A stretch of 64,000 bases of DNA from Candidatus Bathyarchaeota archaeon (GCA_963706285.1 CAVPLU010000010.1:160001-224000); one strand, 5' to 3'; positions 29,266 through 40,209 are shown, counted from the first letter of the stretch. The notes: generated by a model not told the origin, from the sequence alone. Made by a program: numbers and translations.

Positions 29266-30165
29266 TTGACTATGGGAAACCGGCCGTTTGCGGGGCTTTT
29301 GCCGGGGCTGGTCTTCGGTTCGCTCTGCTTCGTCTGGGGGTCGACATGGTTGGCGATCAAGGTAGGATTGGGTTCTCTACCTCCAATCACATTTGCGGGG
29401 ATTCGATTCGCCATAGCTTCATGCTTACTCGCCAGCTACATGATTGCCAAGAGGATCGAGGTACCGAAAGACGTGGGGACTTGGCGAGTCATGCTCTTCC
29501 TCAGCCTAACCCAGATCGCCGTGCCATACGCCCTCACCTTCTGGGGAGAACAATACATGACAGCAGGCCTGACCTCCCTCCTGTTCGCCACCTTGCCTTT
29601 CTTCGTGGTGGTCTTCGCTCATTTCATGATACCCGGCGAACACCTGACGCCACGGAAGGTGCTGGCATTATTGGTATGCTTCGTTGGCGTCACGATAATC
29701 TTCTCCAAAGAGTTGATGTTTTCGCTCAACTCTCTTTGGGGGGGCATAGCTGTGATCGTAAGCGCCGGATGTGCCGGATGTGCGAACGTCGTCGGAAAGA
29801 AGTACTCGTCGTTCATCAACTCCACGGTCAATTTGGTGGTTCAGATGGGTGTTGGCGCGATTCTTCTAGTGGCAGCTGGGCTTGTCGTGGAACACGGAAT
29901 CCAGATGAACTTCAACTCTACTTCGGTCTTCGCGATTCTCTATCTTGCCATAATAGGCTCAGTTTTCGGTTTCGTAGCTCTCTACTGGCTTTTTGGTCGC
30001 ATGGAGGTGACACGGACTTCTCTCTTTACATTCATCACACCAATCGTTGCAGTCCTACTAGGATGGCTCATGTTGGGAGAGCGCATCGATCTCAACGTTG
30101 CCTTGGGCGGGTGCTTGATTCTGGTCGGAGTAGTATTGGTGAACCAAGCGCCGAGAACAGGCTAG
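29266..30165 (+). CDS. EamA/DMT-family transporter
   Basis: About 10 TM segments, WGSTWLAIK, TPIVAVLLGWLMLGE. Confidence 0.92.
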   Translation: MTMGNRPFAGLLPGLVFGSLCFVWGSTWLAIKVGLGSLPPITFAGIRFAIASCLLASYMIAKRIEVPKDVGTWRVMLFLSLTQIAVPYALTFWGEQYMTAGLTSLLFATLPFFVVVFAHFMIPGEHLTPRKVLALLVCFVGVTIIFSKELMFSLNSLWGGIAVIVSAGCAGCANVVGKKYSSFINSTVNLVVQMGVGAILLVAAGLVVEHGIQMNFNSTSVFAILYLAIIGSVFGFVALYWLFGRMEVTRTSLFTFITPIVAVLLGWLMLGERIDLNVALGGCLILVGVVLVNQAPRTG

Positions 30166-30179
30166 AGTTCGACCAAGTA

Positions 30180-30962
30180 CTACTTGCGTGGCTTTTTCGG
30201 AACAGGTTGTGCTTTGTCCCTGATTTTTCTCAGCACGCCCGTGATCAGAGACACCTCTCTTCTCGAAATGATCGACCTTGCTAGAATATTCCTGAACGCA
30301 CGATCGGCTAAACGCCTTCTATGTGTCGGAAGATCCGCCACATGTGCCAGCTGAGCAAACATGGAGGCTAATTGCTCCACCGACTGCTGCGATGGTTCAA
30401 GCGACCGTGAGCGCACGTGCCCAACCTTATGGAGTTCATAGAACACAATCGACGCAGCGGTCGCAACATTGAGCACATTGTAGTCCTCGTTAGCTGGTAT
30501 GCTGACGATCATGTTGCAATGTTGCAGCTCTATATTGTTGAGTCCAGTGCTTTCTCTCCCAAAGAGGAGCGCGACGGAACCATGGGTTCCTGCCAGACGC
30601 GAGGCGAGTTGTGCCGGATCGATTGTTATTCTAAGAATGTTCCTACTGCTCGTGCCTACGATCGCAGTCGTGCCGACCACATGATCAACTCCTTTCAAAG
30701 CATCTGAGAGTGTCTCGACTATCCATGCTTTCTCGAGAATCTCTTTGCCACGTGTAGCGTATCGGTAGGCCTCATCTCCGATGGATGTCTTCGGGGAGAC
30801 AATCCAGAGCTGTGTCAGACCAAAGTTACTCATTGACCGCGCGATAGATCCGATGTTGCCCTCCTTTTCAGGCTCCACGAGGACTACGCGAAAACGCTCG
30901 CTGCGTTCGTAGACAGAGGAAGCTTCGTTTTTCGAAGAAGCCTGATCTCTAGAGGTGTTCAC
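30180..30962 (-). CDS. trmJ: TrmJ/TrmH SPOUT tRNA methyltransferase
   Basis: GNIGSIARSM.NFG, FGRESTGL, LNVA. Confidence 0.88.
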   Translation of the reverse strand: MNTSRDQASSKNEASSVYERSERFRVVLVEPEKEGNIGSIARSMSNFGLTQLWIVSPKTSIGDEAYRYATRGKEILEKAWIVETLSDALKGVDHVVGTTAIVGTSSRNILRITIDPAQLASRLAGTHGSVALLFGRESTGLNNIELQHCNMIVSIPANEDYNVLNVATAASIVFYELHKVGHVRSRSLEPSQQSVEQLASMFAQLAHVADLPTHRRRLADRAFRNILARSIISRREVSLITGVLRKIRDKAQPVPKKPRK

Positions 30963-31818
30963 TCTTCATCATCTTGATCTCATTTGATAGCCGTTCAAGA
31001 TCGCTGACCTTCAACTGAAACACGCGCACGTCTGGCGGAGAGGGAAATGTATTCATCGCCAGATCCTTGTACCCGAGGGATCTCTCAAAGTACTGGCGAA
31101 GAACCTTCCTCGCCCTTCTTCTCCTCTGAGTGAACATGAACCTGACCATATCCTCGAAAAGCTTCTCGCTCCTCACAGGCACTTCGGCACGTGTCTTTCG
31201 GATGACAACCACAGCGGAATCCACTCTAGGTACAGGCCTAAACGAGCCCCTCCGAATAACCCCAGCCAGCTCGACTGAGGCTTTGTGTTGCACCATAACA
31301 CTGATCCTGCCATACTCAGGTGAGCCTGGCTTTGCTGCCAAGCGCTCAGCAAACTCTTTCTGAAGCGTCAGCACCACGCGGCGAAATCTCTTGGAAACGA
31401 GAAGAAGAACCAACCGCGACGAAATGTAGTACGGGGGGCTGGAAACGACCTTGTTGAAGCGAGGCAACTCCACTTTGAGTATGTCTCCCTGTATGATACG
31501 TAGTCTCCGATTTCGCCCATACTTGCTTCTCAGAATTGTTGCGAATCTTGGATCCTTCTCAACTGCGATGACCTTTCCGGCGTGGGCAAGAAGAGCCTCG
31601 GTCAGGAATCCTTTGCCAGGTCCAACCTCGAGAACGACATCCGATCTATCTAGATGGGAAGAGTTCACCATCAGATCGCGCGCGGTCTTATCCACAAGGA
31701 AGTTCTGACCTAGTCTTCGAAGCGGGGTGCTGTCCAAGTACTCGCCGGAATATCCTGGCTGCATGCTCAAGCCCACAATATGGGATCCGTAGCGGGGACG
31801 CTCTCGAAGCGTCGTCAT
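30949..31818 (-). CDS. rsmA: 16S rRNA adenine dimethyltransferase KsgA/Dim1
   Basis: LGQNFL, LEVGPGKG, SPPY, QKEFAERL, F.P.PRVDS; true start uncertain. Confidence 0.93.
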   Translation of the reverse strand: MTTLRERPRYGSHIVGLSMQPGYSGEYLDSTPLRRLGQNFLVDKTARDLMVNSSHLDRSDVVLEVGPGKGFLTEALLAHAGKVIAVEKDPRFATILRSKYGRNRRLRIIQGDILKVELPRFNKVVSSPPYYISSRLVLLLVSKRFRRVVLTLQKEFAERLAAKPGSPEYGRISVMVQHKASVELAGVIRRGSFRPVPRVDSAVVVIRKTRAEVPVRSEKLFEDMVRFMFTQRRRRARKVLRQYFERSLGYKDLAMNTFPSPPDVRVFQLKVSDLERLSNEIKMMKSEHL

Positions 31819-31996
31819 TCGGAACGTACCAGTAGGCGACAGCCCTCTTAATCATTTTACTATGCACCTGGCGCCGAGAATGTGCTAGGAAATGCAGGAA
31901 CGCCCGCTGGATTCGACAGCGTGTAATCCCGTTCATGGAACGTCTGAATCAAAACTCTGAATTGGAAGGCACGTGGCTTTCTCTATGGGAACTCTA

Positions 31997-32561
31997 ATGC
32001 CAAGAATGTACACCCGGACGGGCGACAAGGGAGAGACTGGTCTATTTTCAGGGGAGAGAGTTCCGAAGAATTCTTTGAGAGTTGAAGCGTACGGGACTGT
32101 TGACGAGCTGTCGTCTTGGATTGGATACACACGATCACTGATCGAGAACGATGATGAGATCGATTCTCTATTGGGCAGGATTCAGCGGGAACTATTTCTA
32201 GTGGGCGCAGAGCTCGCCACGCGTCCCGAAGCCATCAAGTGCACAGAAGGTGCAGGTTACACCAGCTATGGTCAAGGTTCTCGAGGAAGAGATCGATAGA
32301 CTCGACGCAGAATTGCTTCCATCATCAACCTTCATTGTTCCAGGTGGAGCGCATGCTGCCGCCGCACTGCAGGTGGCTAGAACCATTGGTAGGCGGGCAG
32401 AACGCAAGGTTGTGGCTTTGGCTCAGGACGAGAAACTGAATCCCATGCTTATTCCCTACCTGAATCGTTTGTCCTCCCTGTTGTTTGTGTTGGCGAGAGT
32501 TGTGAACAAACGTGGGGGCATTGAAGAGGAAAAATGGGCCTCGCGATCAATGAAAACTTGA
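31997..32561 (+). CDS. PduO-type cob(I)alamin adenosyltransferase, one apparent frameshift ~32229
   Basis: YTRTGDKGET, YGTVDEL, RRAER, YLNRLS across two ORFs. Confidence 0.9.
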
Positions 32562-32585
32562 CTTGGTCTCTGCGATGGTAGCGGT

Positions 32586-33848
32586 CTAGGTCTTGGGTTT
32601 TTCCTCTTGGGATTTCTCATGGGCTCGTCTTCTTCTGCGAACAACAACTACAACGACAATTGCGAGCAGAACCACGGCTACTGCAATTAGCGGCAGCGGA
32701 AGCTCAGCAGTAGCTACTTGAAGTTCGACGGGGAGGGTGTCATCTAGGCTGTTGTCTGTTTGGGTCCAATCGAGGCGCAAGTCCATCTTGTACGTTTGAG
32801 ATGGAGCCTTCGCATCCACATCAACTGTCAGATATGCTGTCTTGGATTCGCCAGGTTGCATAGTTCCGAGAAAATCTGTGAGCGTTCCGGAGAAGTAGTT
32901 TCCAACTCGAAGTTGGACTCTCACCGAGTCTGCGGTCATACTTCCAACGTTCTTGATGGTTATGCTTATGCTGACTCCTGAATCGCCAGCATGAAGAACC
33001 TTAGGCTCCACCTGAACAACTTCGAAGATTACCTTCTCACTCACGTAGATTGGGATCTGTCCGATCTCAACTTGTCCGCTGGATCCAGTCGAGCTTGTGA
33101 CTAGTCTAAGGTTGTAGCTTCCGAACTTGGCAGTCTTGCTGATGTCGAGGTAGAAGTCTGCTTCGCTAACTTGGCTTGGCTGCATTGTTCCGAGGAAGAA
33201 TGTGTCCGAGCCTCCTGATGATGGTGTGAATGGATCTTGTAGGATGAGGTGGGCTTGAAGGTCAGCTGTTGAACCTGTGCCAGAATTCACAAGCCAAGCC
33301 TTCACAGCGATCTGGTTGTCACCAGGGTACACTTTCGCAGGTAGTGTCAAGACGTTTTGAACACGAACGTCGCCTGTCCAAACGGGCACGTCCACGTTGA
33401 GAGTCTTCTCGACGGGCAGAAGCTCCGTCGCAGTTCTGTAATCGAGTATAAGCGTTAGCCTGTGAACTCCCGCGGCCGCGTCCGATGCAACAGTCAAAGC
33501 AAATCGCAGGGTGAACGAGAAGCTTGCTTGAATGTCACCGGCGCTCTGATCTATTGTCTTGGCGGTAACCGGGTTTCCGTTGACTCTGTAGACGTAACTG
33601 AACGGAGAGGCCAAAACGAGCCTCGCAGTGACGTCTCTGGCTGCTGCGTCTCCTGCGTTTGACAAGACAATCGATAATGGGATGTTGGTGTCTCCCGGAT
33701 GTACCGAGACTCCTCCTAACGGATTGCTTCCCCAATACACCGACGTGACGACAACGTCCGGCTGAGCAACAGCTTCAACGTTTCCGACGAAAGGCGTGAT
33801 CATAACCACGATCACTAGTATTGAGAGGATGAGCGCTCTTCGAGTCAA
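32586..33848 (-). CDS. S-layer-domain (COG1361-like) membrane-anchored protein
   Basis: Signal peptide, repeated Ig-like N.G...A motifs, C-terminal TM plus poly-Arg; in ABC operon. Confidence 0.75.
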   Translation of the reverse strand: MTRRALILSILVIVVMITPFVGNVEAVAQPDVVVTSVYWGSNPLGGVSVHPGDTNIPLSIVLSNAGDAAARDVTARLVLASPFSYVYRVNGNPVTAKTIDQSAGDIQASFSFTLRFALTVASDAAAGVHRLTLILDYRTATELLPVEKTLNVDVPVWTGDVRVQNVLTLPAKVYPGDNQIAVKAWLVNSGTGSTADLQAHLILQDPFTPSSGGSDTFFLGTMQPSQVSEADFYLDISKTAKFGSYNLRLVTSSTGSSGQVEIGQIPIYVSEKVIFEVVQVEPKVLHAGDSGVSISITIKNVGSMTADSVRVQLRVGNYFSGTLTDFLGTMQPGESKTAYLTVDVDAKAPSQTYKMDLRLDWTQTDNSLDDTLPVELQVATAELPLPLIAVAVVLLAIVVVVVVRRRRRAHEKSQEEKPKT

Positions 33849-33931
33849 AATCCCGCCATCTCCAGAATATCTCGCATTGAGGCTCTTATTTCGCGTATAT
33901 CAATTCTCCTGCCTTTTACTTGCATGTGATT

Positions 33932-35044
33932 CTAAATTGTTCGTTTTGATAACATAGTTGCAATTGGCAGCAAGACAAGGCTGCTCACCAAGAGAACCAG
34001 CAAGTCGGTCGTTATCGCATCGAGTCCAACTCCGAGATAGATTACCCGCCTTAGGGCGTCGTTCCCGTACGTCCACGGCAGAATTCCTGCAATCGCTCGC
34101 CCTCCAGAAGCTAACAACTCTGGAGCCTGTACTGCACCAGCGAGCTGGAAAAGCGGGAATGTAATTGCGATCTCAAGTATTGTTAGTGTGGAAGAACTGC
34201 GAATTCTCGTCGAGAGCAGCAGACCAAGAGACATTGTGAAAACCGCGATCAGAGTGGTTGTCACGTAGATGAGGAGTACGTTGCCCCTCACTGCCAAACC
34301 GGTAACAACAAAGATGGTGAGCATGAGCGTTGTACGGACCGCGTTGAGCGCGACTGTTGCAGATATCTTGCCGCTGTAGATTGAGAAAATACTCGTGGGT
34401 GTAAGAACCAGACGTGAGAATGTGCCCCGCTCGCGCTCCCTTGTCACGGCATTCACAATGTCATCAAATGCACCGAGAATTGTGATCATTCCCAACATGC
34501 CAGGCAGGAACATATCGCCTGTTGGGGGGCGACCTGAGACGGGTCTCAGTATCACCTGCACAGCCGGGCCGCCGGATCGGACGCTGGTTTGGCCCAGCAA
34601 CTCCTGAGTACTGCTCGCCACAGCACTCTGGACCAAAGCAGAAGATGTGATCTTCGAGTTGTCCGTTTGCAAGATAACAAATGCTGGTCGACTATCGAGG
34701 AGCGCGTCACCGAAACCTTTCGGAATAATCACCGCTCCAGTCGCCGAGCCCGATTCAACCGCATGCAGGGCTTGCTCCTCTGTTTGAAGGAACTGCGTCA
34801 CTTTGATTATGTACGAACTGGTCAGCTTGTCCACAAGATCCTTCGATGTTGGTGAGTTGTCCAAATCGGACACGACCACAGCTATGTTGTAGCTGGGCGC
34901 ACTGAATGCTGTGACGATGACAATGAAGATCTGGATCAAGAGTATCGGAAACAGTATGGTTAGAGCTAGGGATAGTGGGTCGCGTAGGAGCTGTTTCAGC
35001 TCCTTGACGGTGACAGCTGACGTGTCGCCGACAAAACGACTCAT
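33932..35044 (-). CDS. ABC-2 exporter permease
   Basis: KELKQLLRD, RERERGTFSRL..TP, 6 TM. Confidence 0.9.
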   Translation of the reverse strand: MSRFVGDTSAVTVKELKQLLRDPLSLALTILFPILLIQIFIVIVTAFSAPSYNIAVVVSDLDNSPTSKDLVDKLTSSYIIKVTQFLQTEEQALHAVESGSATGAVIIPKGFGDALLDSRPAFVILQTDNSKITSSALVQSAVASSTQELLGQTSVRSGGPAVQVILRPVSGRPPTGDMFLPGMLGMITILGAFDDIVNAVTRERERGTFSRLVLTPTSIFSIYSGKISATVALNAVRTTLMLTIFVVTGLAVRGNVLLIYVTTTLIAVFTMSLGLLLSTRIRSSSTLTILEIAITFPLFQLAGAVQAPELLASGGRAIAGILPWTYGNDALRRVIYLGVGLDAITTDLLVLLVSSLVLLPIATMLSKRTI

Positions 35045-36225
35045 TTGACGAGCCTCTGCCGCGACGCTTTGAGAAAAACATAGCCAATCCCATAGAAGAC
35101 CGCGATCGATGCGATGATGAATTCCAGTTCACTTGCCAGAGTGAACAGGGATTGTCCTACGAGTATCGTGCGCTTCAGTATTTCGATGCCATATGCCCAT
35201 GGCAACACGTACGAGATCGTGCTTGAGATCCCTCGGAGGAGTTCTCTGTCTATGACGAACCCGCTGAATACAAAAAGGAACAACACAAGGAAGAACTCGA
35301 TAATGATCACTGCCCTCATTCCAATACCAAGTGAAGAGATAGCGAATCCAAACCCCATAGTCAACAAGGCGATGAGAAGCGAAATAGCTAGGATTGTTCC
35401 GAAATCCGTGCTGGGTCTTGCTCCATAGGCAAAATACGCAAGCCCGAAGACCACAAGCGTACGAGCAACGTTCAGAGCCAGGTCATACAGCGTCTTGCCG
35501 AATATTAGAACTCCGAGACTGATGGGGCTCAAGAGCAGGCGGGCGTATGTTCCCTCTTCACTCTCGCGTGACATGCCGCCTGCGATTTCATAGAACGTTG
35601 CGAATATTATGACCAGACCTAGGACGATCGTTAGTCCGATGTTGAAGCTCGAGAACTTGGCGCCCTTTTGTATGATGTCGATTTGTGACGCGCCTTCACC
35701 AAGTGGCCTTGCCTTAGCATTTGGGCTGAAGTTCTGCAGACTGCTTTGTATGCTTGAAGCGACTTGCTCGCCAAGACCGTTGACGCTATCGTCTGCATAG
35801 ACCACTAGACTAGTTTGCTGGTTCCCCGCCAGGCGACTCTCAAAACCCTTTGGCACTATAACGACTGCGTAGATCTTCCCAGTTCCTAGTGCTGCAATAG
35901 CATTCTCTTCACTGTGTCCCTGGACTAAATTGTTGAAATCTCCGGAACTTGACAGTGTGTCAAATAGGCGACCTGAAGCAATCGTTAGGTCGTTGTCGAC
36001 GTAGGCGACGGTGAGGTGGGCGATTGGCGAAAAATGTTCGCCGGCTCCGCCACTTGCCCCGCCCAGCGACATGGTGAAGAAGACTGGCAGAATCACAAGT
36101 GAGATCATTATTGCCGTGCGATTGCGTCTTAAGAGACGGAATTCGTTGATCATTACCGCTAGAACATCGTTGACGTGACTCCGGATAGACATCGCCCTCC
36201 ACCTGCTTGATGAGTCGCAGCTCAC
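35041..36225 (-). CDS. ABC-2 exporter permease
   Basis: RESEEGTYARLLLSP, 6 TM; 4-nt overlap with the next gene. Confidence 0.9.
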   Translation of the reverse strand: MSCDSSSRWRAMSIRSHVNDVLAVMINEFRLLRRNRTAIMISLVILPVFFTMSLGGASGGAGEHFSPIAHLTVAYVDNDLTIASGRLFDTLSSSGDFNNLVQGHSEENAIAALGTGKIYAVVIVPKGFESRLAGNQQTSLVVYADDSVNGLGEQVASSIQSSLQNFSPNAKARPLGEGASQIDIIQKGAKFSSFNIGLTIVLGLVIIFATFYEIAGGMSRESEEGTYARLLLSPISLGVLIFGKTLYDLALNVARTLVVFGLAYFAYGARPSTDFGTILAISLLIALLTMGFGFAISSLGIGMRAVIIIEFFLVLFLFVFSGFVIDRELLRGISSTISYVLPWAYGIEILKRTILVGQSLFTLASELEFIIASIAVFYGIGYVFLKASRQRLVK

Positions 36226-36234
36226 CTGTTCAGT

Positions 36235-37260
36235 CTACTCTGTTCGGGCTTTCTCGAGAAAACGGTCGATCTCTTCTTCGCCGCCTGTCAGCTTGATGAA
36301 AGCTTCCTCAAGAGTAGGTCCTTTCGTGTTTATCGATCTGATCTTCGCTCCCTGAGATAGAAGAATTCTCGTGACATCTTCCGCAAGGGCGTGACCATGC
36401 ATACATGTGATCCGCAGGATTGGGTCATTATATGAGATGTTGCACACATCTCCGATTTCCCTGACTTTCTCAACCTGTAACGCTGACAATCCCGGTGTTT
36501 CCACTTCCATGGTGGAGAGTTCGCTGACCTTGCGCTTCAGCTCATTCGGGGAGCCCACTTGGATGAGTCTCCCTGCGAAGACGATCCCGACTCGATCGCA
36601 GATTTTCTCCGGTTCTGCCATGTAGTGTGTGGTCCAGATGACCGTGACGCCCTTCTTGCAGAGGTTTCTGGTGAAATCTTGAAGGGCAGCCGCGGATTGC
36701 GGGTCCAGGCCAGAAGTCACTTCGTCCAAGAATAGGATCTTCGGGTCGTGAAGGAGAGCTGCACAAATCAATGCTTTCTTAGTCCAGCCTGACGAAAGGG
36801 CTCCTACCGTTCGTTTTGCTTTGTCTTCGAACCTAAACATCTCAAGCAAATGCGCTATCCTGTTTTCAGCTTGTCCATTCGGGAGATTGTACAGTCTGCC
36901 AAGAAACTTCAGGTTCTCTTCTATCGTGAGCTCCTTGTAGAGCATGACACCTTCCGAAACAACGCCGATTTCGCGTCTGACTTTTGCCGCTTCGCGCAGG
37001 AGGTCGTGACCCGCTACCGTCGCCGTGCCGCTTGTCGGTTCGATCAGGGTGCAGAGCATGCGCACAGTTGTGGTCTTCCCAGCGCCGTTTGGACCAAGTA
37101 ATCCAAACAATTCGCCTTGTTTGACATCTAGGTTCAAGCCGTCTACAGCCGTGAATTTTCCAAAGACCTTTGTCAGCCCTCTTGTCGTAATCACGTATTC
37201 CGACGTGCGAGCTACCTCCTGTTCCATTCTGTTGAGTTGCAGCGTTAGACCTCTGCACAT
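36235..37260 (-). CDS. ABC exporter ATP-binding subunit (DrrA-like)
   Basis: GPNGAGKTT, LSSG, LFLDE, TTH. Confidence 0.93.
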   Translation of the reverse strand: MCRGLTLQLNRMEQEVARTSEYVITTRGLTKVFGKFTAVDGLNLDVKQGELFGLLGPNGAGKTTTVRMLCTLIEPTSGTATVAGHDLLREAAKVRREIGVVSEGVMLYKELTIEENLKFLGRLYNLPNGQAENRIAHLLEMFRFEDKAKRTVGALSSGWTKKALICAALLHDPKILFLDEVTSGLDPQSAAALQDFTRNLCKKGVTVIWTTHYMAEPEKICDRVGIVFAGRLIQVGSPNELKRKVSELSTMEVETPGLSALQVEKVREIGDVCNISYNDPILRITCMHGHALAEDVTRILLSQGAKIRSINTKGPTLEEAFIKLTGGEEEIDRFLEKARTE

Positions 37261-37303
37261 TGTCTAATAAGTGAAGTCACTGTTAAACGGAGTTTATTGG
37301 ATT

Positions 37304-38188
37304 CTAGTGTTCGTGAGCTGCCTTCGGGTAGTTTTCATCTTCTATTTGGATCGTTGTATGGTCAATCCCGAACTCCTTGTTTAGGATATCAATGAGTTTC
37401 GTTACCAATTCTCTTCCGTTCGTTTCGTCTTCCACGACCACGTGACTACTCATGCAGCAGGTGTTGGTGTCAGCAATAGACCACACATGGAGGTCGTGGA
37501 GATTCTTGACTCCCTTCATTCCACGTATCCTGCGCTCCACCGCAGATAGATCGATGTTACCTGGGACTCCTTCGAGGAGAACATTCACAGAGTCGCGAAC
37601 TATCTTTCCGGAGCTGTAGAAGACTAGCACGCCTATCATGATGCTGGCTATAGGGTCCGCTTGGTACCAGCCTGTGAAGAACATGACAAGTCCAGCCGAT
37701 ATTGCTCCTACGGAGCCGAGAGCATCGGCGACCACGTGTAGGAAGGCGCCTTTGAGATTCAAGCTATGATTTCTGGATCGTGAGAGGACTGCGGCAACAA
37801 GCCCGTTCGATACTAGCCCAAAAACTGCTATAACAAGCATGTTTAGGCTTTGCACGTTCGCGGGTTGCTGGATGCGTTGAATGGCCTCGTAGAACACGAA
37901 GATAACAACGGCCCACAGCAGAATTCCATTCAGGAAGGCTGACAAGATCTCAACGCGATAGTATCCATAGGTTTTCTTCAAGCTGACAGGTCGCTGTGAA
38001 AGCCAAACGGCGACCAACGCGTATGCTAGAGAGACAACATCGGTCAGCATGTGGAATGCGTCAGTCTGCAGAGCTAGACTGTTTGTGAGGATTCCTCCGA
38101 CCAATTCGACAACAAAGAAAGCCGCTGTGATGCCCATTGCCACTGACAAGACTCTAGTGGTGGAGGAAAGGGAATGCATGTGCAGCAT
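37304..38188 (-). CDS. czcD: Cation diffusion facilitator (CzcD/ZitB-like)
   Basis: DAFHMLTD, AFLHVVAD, HDLHVWS, HTTIQIE. Confidence 0.92.
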   Translation of the reverse strand: MLHMHSLSSTTRVLSVAMGITAAFFVVELVGGILTNSLALQTDAFHMLTDVVSLAYALVAVWLSQRPVSLKKTYGYYRVEILSAFLNGILLWAVVIFVFYEAIQRIQQPANVQSLNMLVIAVFGLVSNGLVAAVLSRSRNHSLNLKGAFLHVVADALGSVGAISAGLVMFFTGWYQADPIASIMIGVLVFYSSGKIVRDSVNVLLEGVPGNIDLSAVERRIRGMKGVKNLHDLHVWSIADTNTCCMSSHVVVEDETNGRELVTKLIDILNKEFGIDHTTIQIEDENYPKAAHEH

Positions 38189-38299
38189 GGACCTTGGTTG
38201 GAATGGATAAACGACCGGGAATTGTTGTCAAGCTCTTATACCTTGACGTTGTCACGGATAAAGTTGTCAATGGGTGCACGGATCAAACTAGGAAGCTTG

Positions 38300-39106
38300 A
38301 TGCAGATGACCAATGGCAAAACTGCGAAGCCGTTCTTCGACATGGGCTCACTACGAATCTACAATACAGACATCCTGCAGATCGATGCGATTGAAGAGGA
38401 AAGCATAGATCTGATTGTGACCTCCCCGCCCTATGATATCGACGTGAAGTATCAGAACTATGACGACAATCTGCCGTATGATCAATACTTGGATTTCACC
38501 AAGAATTGGTTGTCGAGAGTTCGCAATCTGGCGAGACCCGATGGACGTTTGTGTCTGAACATTCCACTGGACAAGAACAAAGGTGGTCAACAGAGCGTCT
38601 GCGCCGACATCACAACCATTGCCAAGGAGGTCGGATGGAAGTATCACTCAACGGTCATCTGGAATGAACAAAACATCTCTAGGCGTACGGCATGGGGATC
38701 ATGGATGAGCGCTTCCGCACCGTATGTGATCACTCCGGTTGAGACAATACTGGTCATGTACAAGACCAGATGGGAGAAGATACAAAAAGGAAAATCGGGC
38801 ATCACTCGAGATGAGTTTATCCAATGGACATAACGCGAGATGAGTTATTCAATGGACAACGGTGTCTGGAACTTCAGCGGCGAGAGCAAGACTAAGATCG
38901 GGCATCCAGCACCGTTCCCGATCGAACTCCCGAAACGGTGCATCAAACTGTTCAGCTTCCAAGGAGAAACCGTGTTGGACCCATTCCTTGGTAGCGGAAC
39001 CACGCTGATCGCCTGCCTTCAGACAAACAGAATTGGGATAGGCGTTGAAATCAACAGAGAGTACTGTCAACTAGCAGTAGAGAGGTTGAAGCAACAAAGA
39101 ACATGA
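38300..39106 (+). pseudogene. Beta-class N4-C/N6-A DNA methyltransferase interrupted by a net 27-nt duplication containing TAA
   Basis: TSPPY, HPAPFP, VLDPFLGSGTT; both halves share one frame around TAA 38831-38833. Confidence 0.82.
38801..38857 (+). repeat. Imperfect tandem duplication (29 + 28 nt)
   Basis: ATCACTCGAGATGAGTTTATCCAATGGAC / ATAACGCGAGATGAGTT-ATTCAATGGAC. Confidence 0.9.
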
Positions 39107-39239
39107 CCGATCTTCACGAGGGCTGCCATTATGTGTGAGGTTGGGCTGATGCAACACGTTGCCAGCAGGGATGGGCGAAGGTGCGACCTCACCAAAGCTT
39201 AAGTGTGAATGAATCAAGGGCGTTGTGAGTCGATAACAG

Positions 39240-39653
39240 TTGGGTTTCTTGGGGAACAGTGCGCCCGACGCGGCTGATCTCAATCTGATTCTCCAGCTAA
39301 GCATACTTTTTCTCTTATTGACTGGGGCACTACTCGCGAAGGTCTCGTTACTCAAGGCTCATGGTTGGTTTATGATCTCGCTGATCGCTTTTCAGTTTGG
39401 CGCGGTTTTCATCTGGATGTTGCCGTCCTTCCTTCGTAATCTTGGAGCATTAGGCTCAAGCGGAATTGGAACGGGAGTCACTCTAGTGCATGTTTTCGCG
39501 GGAAGCTTCGCATTCGCTGCAACGATCAGCGCTGCCGCTCATTGGACGGAAAGTCAGCTTAAGATGACTATGAGGTTAGCTCTTTCGGCATGGTTCTTGG
39601 TGGCAATTCTTGGAATCGCGTTCTATGCACACTTCTACCTCGGACTCTTCTGA
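39240..39653 (+). CDS. Four-TM membrane protein (DUF420-like)
   Basis: Four hydrophobic helices with His residues (AHGWFM, LVHV). Confidence 0.6.
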   Translation: MGFLGNSAPDAADLNLILQLSILFLLLTGALLAKVSLLKAHGWFMISLIAFQFGAVFIWMLPSFLRNLGALGSSGIGTGVTLVHVFAGSFAFAATISAAAHWTESQLKMTMRLALSAWFLVAILGIAFYAHFYLGLF

Positions 39654-39762
39654 ATGTTGATGCGTCGCTATTCTTCAAGATCTGCGAGGGCTTCGTGACT
39701 CGACGAGAAGCAAGACGGTCATGGAGTTCAGGTCATCATCATAGATGTCGCGTTGGAAACTG

Positions 39763-40209
39763 TCAGGTCTTGGTAATGATGGAACGTCCCTTCATTGTCA
39801 TCCATATCACCACGATTTCCAACACTAGAATGACGTCGATTAGTGCTCCGGGAATCCCTGTAAGGTTTGGCGGATTGTTCGCGAACGGGTTGAATAGGTA
39901 GTCGGCGAACTGAGCGGACGTCAACCCGAATGAAGGACCGAGTGCGACGTCACCTATCTGAATGACAATGCGAAGCAGACACCAAACCCCTACCAAAGTG
40001 AAGCCTACCTTGGAGGGTCTCGCAAACACAAACACACAGAGGCCAAAATCTACAATCACAAAAACGATCAGACCATAAGCATGCAAGGGGGCGATCTGCC
40101 AAAGCAGATGATCAGCTCCCAGAATCAGGACTCCCAGCAATCCGATTACTGCAAGCAGCCCGCCTGTAACTTTTTGAAAAGCAGCCGATCTCATCGCAGA
40201 CACCAACAA
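39763..40209 (-). CDS. Hypothetical membrane protein
   Basis: Four TM segments. Confidence 0.65.
   Translation of the reverse strand: MLVSAMRSAAFQKVTGGLLAVIGLLGVLILGADHLLWQIAPLHAYGLIVFVIVDFGLCVFVFARPSKVGFTLVGVWCLLRIVIQIGDVALGPSFGLTSAQFADYLFNPFANNPPNLTGIPGALIDVILVLEIVVIWMTMKGRSIITKT

Noticed and set aside
29346-30284. 312-aa alternative-frame ORF over the EamA gene, and other long antisense ORFs in the track
   Set aside because: Shadow frames of well-supported genes with no recognisable motifs
38830-38857. Methyltransferase insert as a second BHB intron (contains an ATAAC/GTTAT stem)
   Set aside because: The frame-restoring 27-nt excisions I tested give no pairing central helix; tandem duplication explains it fully
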